Below, piece by piece: positions 59,387 through 64,000 of a stretch of DNA of 64,000 nucleotides. The notes beneath the pieces were generated by a model. That model did not search any database. It saw only the letters and a program-made list of their open reading frames with translations, and had not been told where the DNA came from. Origin of the DNA: an uncultured Paludibacter sp. (GTDB lineage: Bacteria; Bacteroidota; Bacteroidia; Bacteroidales; Paludibacteraceae); NCBI GenBank assembly GCA_964508285.1, contig CAZDSY010000001.1, positions 9,850-73,849 on the forward strand. Direction: 5' to 3'. The first letter of the stretch is position 1, and each line of letters begins with the position of its first letter. Made by a program: the position numbers and the translations under genes.

Positions 59387-61273
59387 CTATCTTATTCCCA
59401 AATAATATCCCGTTACCGGACTTTGCGGATAACCCTGCGAACGCTGTAGTACGTAACTTCTGTAAATTGGATCCTGCATCAATGTTACACGTCGGTCGAC
59501 GGCGCGAATATTGGTCTGATAAATACGTATTTCGCCCGGCAAAACTGTAATTATTTCCTCGCGCCAGTCGCCTGAAATGTCGGCAATCATCATTATACTT
59601 CCTTTAATGCTGTCGGTAAGTGAGTTTTCTTTGAATTTAGAAATTTTCATGCCTGCATCAAATCTGCGTCTGAAACGTTCCCTTCTTGCTTCCGGTGTTT
59701 CGTTTTCGTCCGGTCGCGACTCCGGCCTTTGTCCGAAATCCATGGTAAGTGTTTCGCGCAGCAAATCGGCATCCCACCAAACCCAGTTACGGCAATCAGG
59801 AACATCGTCGTTGCTTGTATTTAATTTTATACCTTTTGAGTTCAACAAATATTTTGCATTACTGCCGCCTTTCTGATCTTCGCTGGCAAAACATTCCAGT
59901 CCGGGTTGCGCCGGATCGAAATCAGCAACCATACCATCGCCTACGTGATAAGTTGGTTCACCGATTTTCCAAATCAATTTTCCGCTTTTTGCATCGGCAA
60001 CCATAACGCCACGTCCATCGGTTTGCCATGGTTCCGATACCAGAAAAACCTGCATTCCTTCCAGTGTCGGGTCAATTTGTGTGAGATAAGCTTTATCGCT
60101 GTGTCCCAAGCCCACCGACCAAAGCAGTGTGCCATTATCATCGAGCATACACGAACCGAGTAAAATTTCATCGCGTCCGTCGCCATCCACATCGCCGCAA
60201 ACCATATTATGCGCACCCTGACTCCGAACTACAGGATTTTCTTCATCTCCATCCCAGCGCCAGATTTTTTCGAGTTTATTGCCATTCAGTTGCCATGCAT
60301 CCACCACCATAAGTTTGTAAGTACCGCGTGCCGCAAGTATGCAGGGCGTTTTTCCATCGAGATAAGCCATTCCAATCTGGTTGCGGTTCTGACGGTTTAC
60401 ATCGCCATAACGGAAATTGCGTTCAGGCCAGTCAGCACGAGCAATTTCTTTTCCGGTCATACCATCGAGCACCAAAAGGTATTCGCTGCCGGCAAAAATG
60501 CGCCATTTTTCATTTTTTTTATAATCGTTGCCGGCAGCTTTCAGCACAACTTCCGCTTTACCATCGCCGTTAAAATCGTAAGCCATAAAAGGAGAGTACC
60601 ACACACCCGGTTCAATTCCCAAACCCAAATCGTACGTCCAAAGGTAAGTGCCATTGCTCAGGTAAGCAGATATTTTGTAGGTGATTCCGGTTATATCGGC
60701 AGGCATTCCCGGATCAACATTCGATTCGGGAGTGCGGACGATAAAGTCGTATGTACCATCGCCATTCAAATCGGCAACAGCAAGTTTTCCGACGCGTTCT
60801 AATGCATTTATTTTAACGGATGTATAATTTTTAAGCGTTTTGAAGTCCACCGAAACAGTTTCAGCTATTCCTGTTTCTTTTTTGTTTACCACAGGTAAAA
60901 CTTTGTATTGCGCAATTCCATTTACGGGTTGAAAATCTGTAAAATCAGTAGTTGTGATGACAGGTTTTGCATTGATTTTGCGTGATTTTCCGTTTACAAT
61001 TCTGTAAATATTAAAAGCAGTTTGTGGAGCATCGGTATTCAGCAAACGCCAACCAAGATAAACAGCCTTACCATCCTGTGAAATTGTAGCCGTTAATCCC
61101 CGATTAAGTTTCTCAACAATTCTCTCCTTAGCAAATCCTTTTACGAGGGGTTTCGGCTCGTGGCGTGGTTCAAGAATTTCGTATTGATAAGTACGCTCCC
61201 GCGGATCCTGAGCGGAAATATTGTAAAAAGTAAGTAAGAAAAAATAAAGAAAAATATTGATTTTGATTTTCAT
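59387..61273 (-). CDS. Rhamnogalacturonan lyase, PL11-like
   Basis: EKLNRG, WRLL..D, DLNGDG/DFNGDG/DVDGDG Ca-binding loops, AYLDG, ARGTY, QGAH, GHSD, DISGDWREE, TLMQDPIYR. Confidence 0.85.
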   Translation of the reverse strand: MKIKINIFLYFFLLTFYNISAQDPRERTYQYEILEPRHEPKPLVKGFAKERIVEKLNRGLTATISQDGKAVYLGWRLLNTDAPQTAFNIYRIVNGKSRKINAKPVITTTDFTDFQPVNGIAQYKVLPVVNKKETGIAETVSVDFKTLKNYTSVKINALERVGKLAVADLNGDGTYDFIVRTPESNVDPGMPADITGITYKISAYLSNGTYLWTYDLGLGIEPGVWYSPFMAYDFNGDGKAEVVLKAAGNDYKKNEKWRIFAGSEYLLVLDGMTGKEIARADWPERNFRYGDVNRQNRNQIGMAYLDGKTPCILAARGTYKLMVVDAWQLNGNKLEKIWRWDGDEENPVVRSQGAHNMVCGDVDGDGRDEILLGSCMLDDNGTLLWSVGLGHSDKAYLTQIDPTLEGMQVFLVSEPWQTDGRGVMVADAKSGKLIWKIGEPTYHVGDGMVADFDPAQPGLECFASEDQKGGSNAKYLLNSKGIKLNTSNDDVPDCRNWVWWDADLLRETLTMDFGQRPESRPDENETPEARRERFRRRFDAGMKISKFKENSLTDSIKGSIMMIADISGDWREEIITVLPGEIRIYQTNIRAVDRRVTLMQDPIYRSYVLQRSQGYPQSPVTGYYLGIR

Positions 61274-61321
61274 AATTTTAATAAAATTGAAATATAACGA
61301 TTGATCAAAGTTTAAATAATA

Positions 61322-61448
61322 GAACGCGGATTAAGCGGATTAGGCGGATAATGGCAGATTTTGAAAATATTTTACGAAGCAAATAATCAGAAAAAAAATC
61401 TTTTCATTTTTATCAGTTTTATCCGCCAAATCCGCTTAATCTGCGTTC
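61322..61448. repeat. Inverted pair of tandem 9-mer (gcggat) arrays
   Basis: gaacgcggattaagcggattaggcggata vs tatccgccaaatccgcttaatctgcgttc: 27/29 complementary. Confidence 0.75.
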
Positions 61449-61472
61449 CATTTCTTCCGTTTCCATTCTTTT

Positions 61473-63998
61473 CTATTCAAAAACTTCAATCGTTACCGGC
61501 GAGCAAAGTCCGCTTTCCATAGGTTGCCAGTGTGCATAACCGGTTGCTTTATAATTTCTGTCCACAAAGTTTATCTCGTTGAAAATACGCCATTTCACCT
61601 TTCGTTTATCATAATCGGCAATGCGGTTTGCAGGTAAATTGGTTACTTCAATGCGCAAATGGTTTTCGCCCTGCTTCAGAAACTTACCAATTCTACTCTC
61701 GAATGGTGCTGCCCATACTATGCCAGCATCTTTCCCGTTTACAAATACCCGCGCACTTTCGCGCACATCGCCCAATTGCATGACGTACAAAGCGCCCGCA
61801 TTTAATTTGTCGATAGTAAAAGTAGTTTCGTAAACGCCTGTTCCCATGTTTATTTTCAGTAATTCGTTGCCGGTTTCAGTCCAAGATTTAAGCGTTTGCA
61901 AGCACAAAGTATCTTTCACCTCTGGATAGCTGTTTATAAAATGCAATTTCCACGAATTTTTCAGCTCAATTACATTGGCTGGTTTTTCAGTTTCGTATTG
62001 CCAAGTTTTTACATCAACGTTTTCGTTTGTAATTGTTTTCAGAATAAGTGATGCTCCTGATTTTAATTGCAATTTCACTTTAGGTTTTCCATCTTTTTCA
62101 TCCACAAGCGCTTTGCCTGTTTCTCCGGTTACAGGATCAAAAATAAGTACTGATTTAAAAGGCACTGAAAGCGAAATCCAACCATCTGTATCTTTATCGT
62201 GTAGCGCCGTAACGAAGTAATGATGACCCGTTTCATTCATTCTTCTGATAAAGTGCAAACCGTACTTTGTTACCATTTCTTCCGCTGTAGCGCCCAAAGC
62301 ATCCAATGTTTGTTTATAATCCGTTCCGGTTACAACTTTTCCGTTTTTAAGTGTATTCACTTTTGTAACAGAAAAATCTGTTGTCATTACCAATTGTTTC
62401 AGCGCTTTATCAAATTGTCTCTGACGGCTTTTTTGTTTCGCAAAACCCGGAATCATTACCGGATAACGACCAAGAAAAGCGATTTTTGCACCTTGTTTTA
62501 CCAAATCAGCAATATGTTGCAGTGTAGTTTCGGGCATTTTTTGTACCGATGGTAATATCAGCGCTTTGTAACGTGCGCCACCTTCAGTAACAATTTCACC
62601 ATTTTCGCAGAGGGCAGAAAGTATAAATTTATCGGAAACATAATCCACATCGTATCCATTGGCATAAATGGAATGTACAACGTGAATGAATTCTGGCATG
62701 CGTTTTTCCATGCTGTGAATATCGAACTGGAGTAACCGACCGCTTTGTTCGTCCCAAACATCGTAAACGGGCAGATAAACCAGAAAGTCATTATCGGGCT
62801 TGCCCATTTGAAGAAAGGACTGACAGCGTGAAATATAATCCATCAAAGCCGGAGCATCGCGCCAGATGCTGTTGGTTGGCGACATATCAATAGAAGCATA
62901 AAACTTCCAGCCGGGCCAGGCAGCTTCGCGGGGCGAGTAAGTTGTACCATGAAAATTCATTTTATTCACACCTGCCACAAACATTAAATCGATGTCGGGT
63001 TTGCACTGCGAGAGCGAAGTACGGAAATGTTCGGTAAGCCATGTGAAAGTTTCGCTGGAAACATAATTTTTTCCGCTTATATGCGCTCCCGATGATGCAT
63101 ATTTCAACATAGAAAGGTCTGAATCGTTCTTGCGTGTTAAAGAGTCAGTTCGTAAACCTTTAATATTAAAATTTGAAAGTCCGAAACCTTCACATTCGGG
63201 AATGTCAACCGTGGCGTACAAATCAATCAGATTTCCGGGCGAACCGTGCGCCTGATTACGGGTTTTACTGCCATGCACGTGTGCCCAGTTAGTCCATTTT
63301 TGTGTAAAATTCTCAAGCAGTAAATCGGAAATTGTTTCACGATAATCAGCCACAATTCGTCGTGTGGTGTCAGTTCTAACTTTCGAAAGGAACTGAGGAA
63401 GGTAATTTTCGAGTTTATAACCGCGACGTTTTTCAAATTGTTCGAAAAAGTCGGATGTCCAGTCGGCGCCATAAACTTCGTACGAATCATTAAAAAATGA
63501 ATTTGGATATGGAATATTTGCTTTCTCAAACGCTTTGCTGAAACGGTCAAAATAGCGAGCAACTGCCGGCGCCGAAAAATGATCCATTACGTAACCTTCG
63601 CCTCCTGGCGCGGCACGTTTTACGGTTTGAAAAGTTTTCCCGTTAAAAGCCGCAATTAAAGTCCATTCGCCTTTAGGAACTTTCCAATTGATAATGCCAT
63701 CAGTATCAACTTTCGAAGTGAGATTCAGCGTTTTATTTTTGCTGTAAGCCATCAGGCGTTGAAGCTTTGCTACGGGGTTTTGCTTTTTATCATCGGGTAC
63801 AATTTTCTGATTAAAAACGGTTCCGCCCGCAACCTTATATTCGTTTACAATTAATCGAGATGCAGCATCCTCAATGCTCACTTCAGGTCCGCCAAAAGGC
63901 CATCCGGTTCCGGTGTTCATGTCGGTTTGTATGCCAAGACGTTTTCCTTCGGTTATCGTGTGTTCGAGCATTTTCATCCATTTTTCCGAAAGAAACGG
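61473..63998 (-). CDS. Alpha-L-rhamnosidase, GH106 (5'-truncated by window)
   Basis: Frame open to the window edge (PFLSEKW); GTGWPFGGP, VKRAAPGGEG, FNDSYE, QAHG, PECE, SETFTW, LGDV, LRIEVTN. Confidence 0.88.
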   Translation of the reverse strand, partial: PFLSEKWMKMLEHTITEGKRLGIQTDMNTGTGWPFGGPEVSIEDAASRLIVNEYKVAGGTVFNQKIVPDDKKQNPVAKLQRLMAYSKNKTLNLTSKVDTDGIINWKVPKGEWTLIAAFNGKTFQTVKRAAPGGEGYVMDHFSAPAVARYFDRFSKAFEKANIPYPNSFFNDSYEVYGADWTSDFFEQFEKRRGYKLENYLPQFLSKVRTDTTRRIVADYRETISDLLLENFTQKWTNWAHVHGSKTRNQAHGSPGNLIDLYATVDIPECEGFGLSNFNIKGLRTDSLTRKNDSDLSMLKYASSGAHISGKNYVSSETFTWLTEHFRTSLSQCKPDIDLMFVAGVNKMNFHGTTYSPREAAWPGWKFYASIDMSPTNSIWRDAPALMDYISRCQSFLQMGKPDNDFLVYLPVYDVWDEQSGRLLQFDIHSMEKRMPEFIHVVHSIYANGYDVDYVSDKFILSALCENGEIVTEGGARYKALILPSVQKMPETTLQHIADLVKQGAKIAFLGRYPVMIPGFAKQKSRQRQFDKALKQLVMTTDFSVTKVNTLKNGKVVTGTDYKQTLDALGATAEEMVTKYGLHFIRRMNETGHHYFVTALHDKDTDGWISLSVPFKSVLIFDPVTGETGKALVDEKDGKPKVKLQLKSGASLILKTITNENVDVKTWQYETEKPANVIELKNSWKLHFINSYPEVKDTLCLQTLKSWTETGNELLKINMGTGVYETTFTIDKLNAGALYVMQLGDVRESARVFVNGKDAGIVWAAPFESRIGKFLKQGENHLRIEVTNLPANRIADYDKRKVKWRIFNEINFVDRNYKATGYAHWQPMESGLCSPVTIEVFE

Positions 63999-64000
63999 GA

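Noticed and set aside
59660..59745. Charged insertion in PL11 (RPESRPDENETPEARRERFRRR) as a palindrome insertion
   Set aside because: No hairpin or match to the element family; probably an ordinary low-complexity loop
61322..61448. CRISPR array
   Set aside because: The units are 9-mers without unique spacers and there are no cas genes; no CRISPR array was seen anywhere in the window
1..64000. tRNA, rRNA, transposase, integrase or prophage genes
   Set aside because: None recognised; almost all of the sequence is accounted for by the listed CDSs and short spacers

Overview
AT-rich chromosomal segment from a Bacteroidales-type bacterium, judged from TAnnTTTG promoters, T9SS C-terminal domains, a hybrid two-component system and a NigD-like lipoprotein; it is probably Paludibacter/Proteiniphilum-like. 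Contents in order: (1) housekeeping and envelope genes (MlaF-type ATPase, xth, lipoproteins, a zinc peptidase, a secreted endonuclease I); (2) an unexplained 7-gene minus-strand operon (6457-14681) with a LysA-fold protein lacking the Schiff-base lysine, two GNAT-fold acyltransferases, three cobalamin-dependent radical SAM enzymes and a SAM methyltransferase, which is the best candidate for an undescribed, probably lipid-modifying, pathway; (3) pepD, an HD hydrolase and a GNAT-ovoA pair whose methyltransferase domain looks degenerate; (4) rbfA, a LolC/E-type permease and pgl; (5) rhaB-rhaA-rhaT plus a large pectin/rhamnogalacturonan-II enzyme set (GH2, GH28 x2, GH78, GH143-GH142, GH43, GH127, GH141, PL11, GH106) with no SusC/SusD in the window; (6) purD, a PfkB kinase, two T9SS cargo proteins (one with an unclassified clan-GH-A-like domain), a stand-alone AraC and an HTCS. 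The window also has several families of short palindromic/MITE-like elements, and one GC-rich family sits in frame inside coding sequences. All family assignments come from motif recognition by eye; no searches were run.
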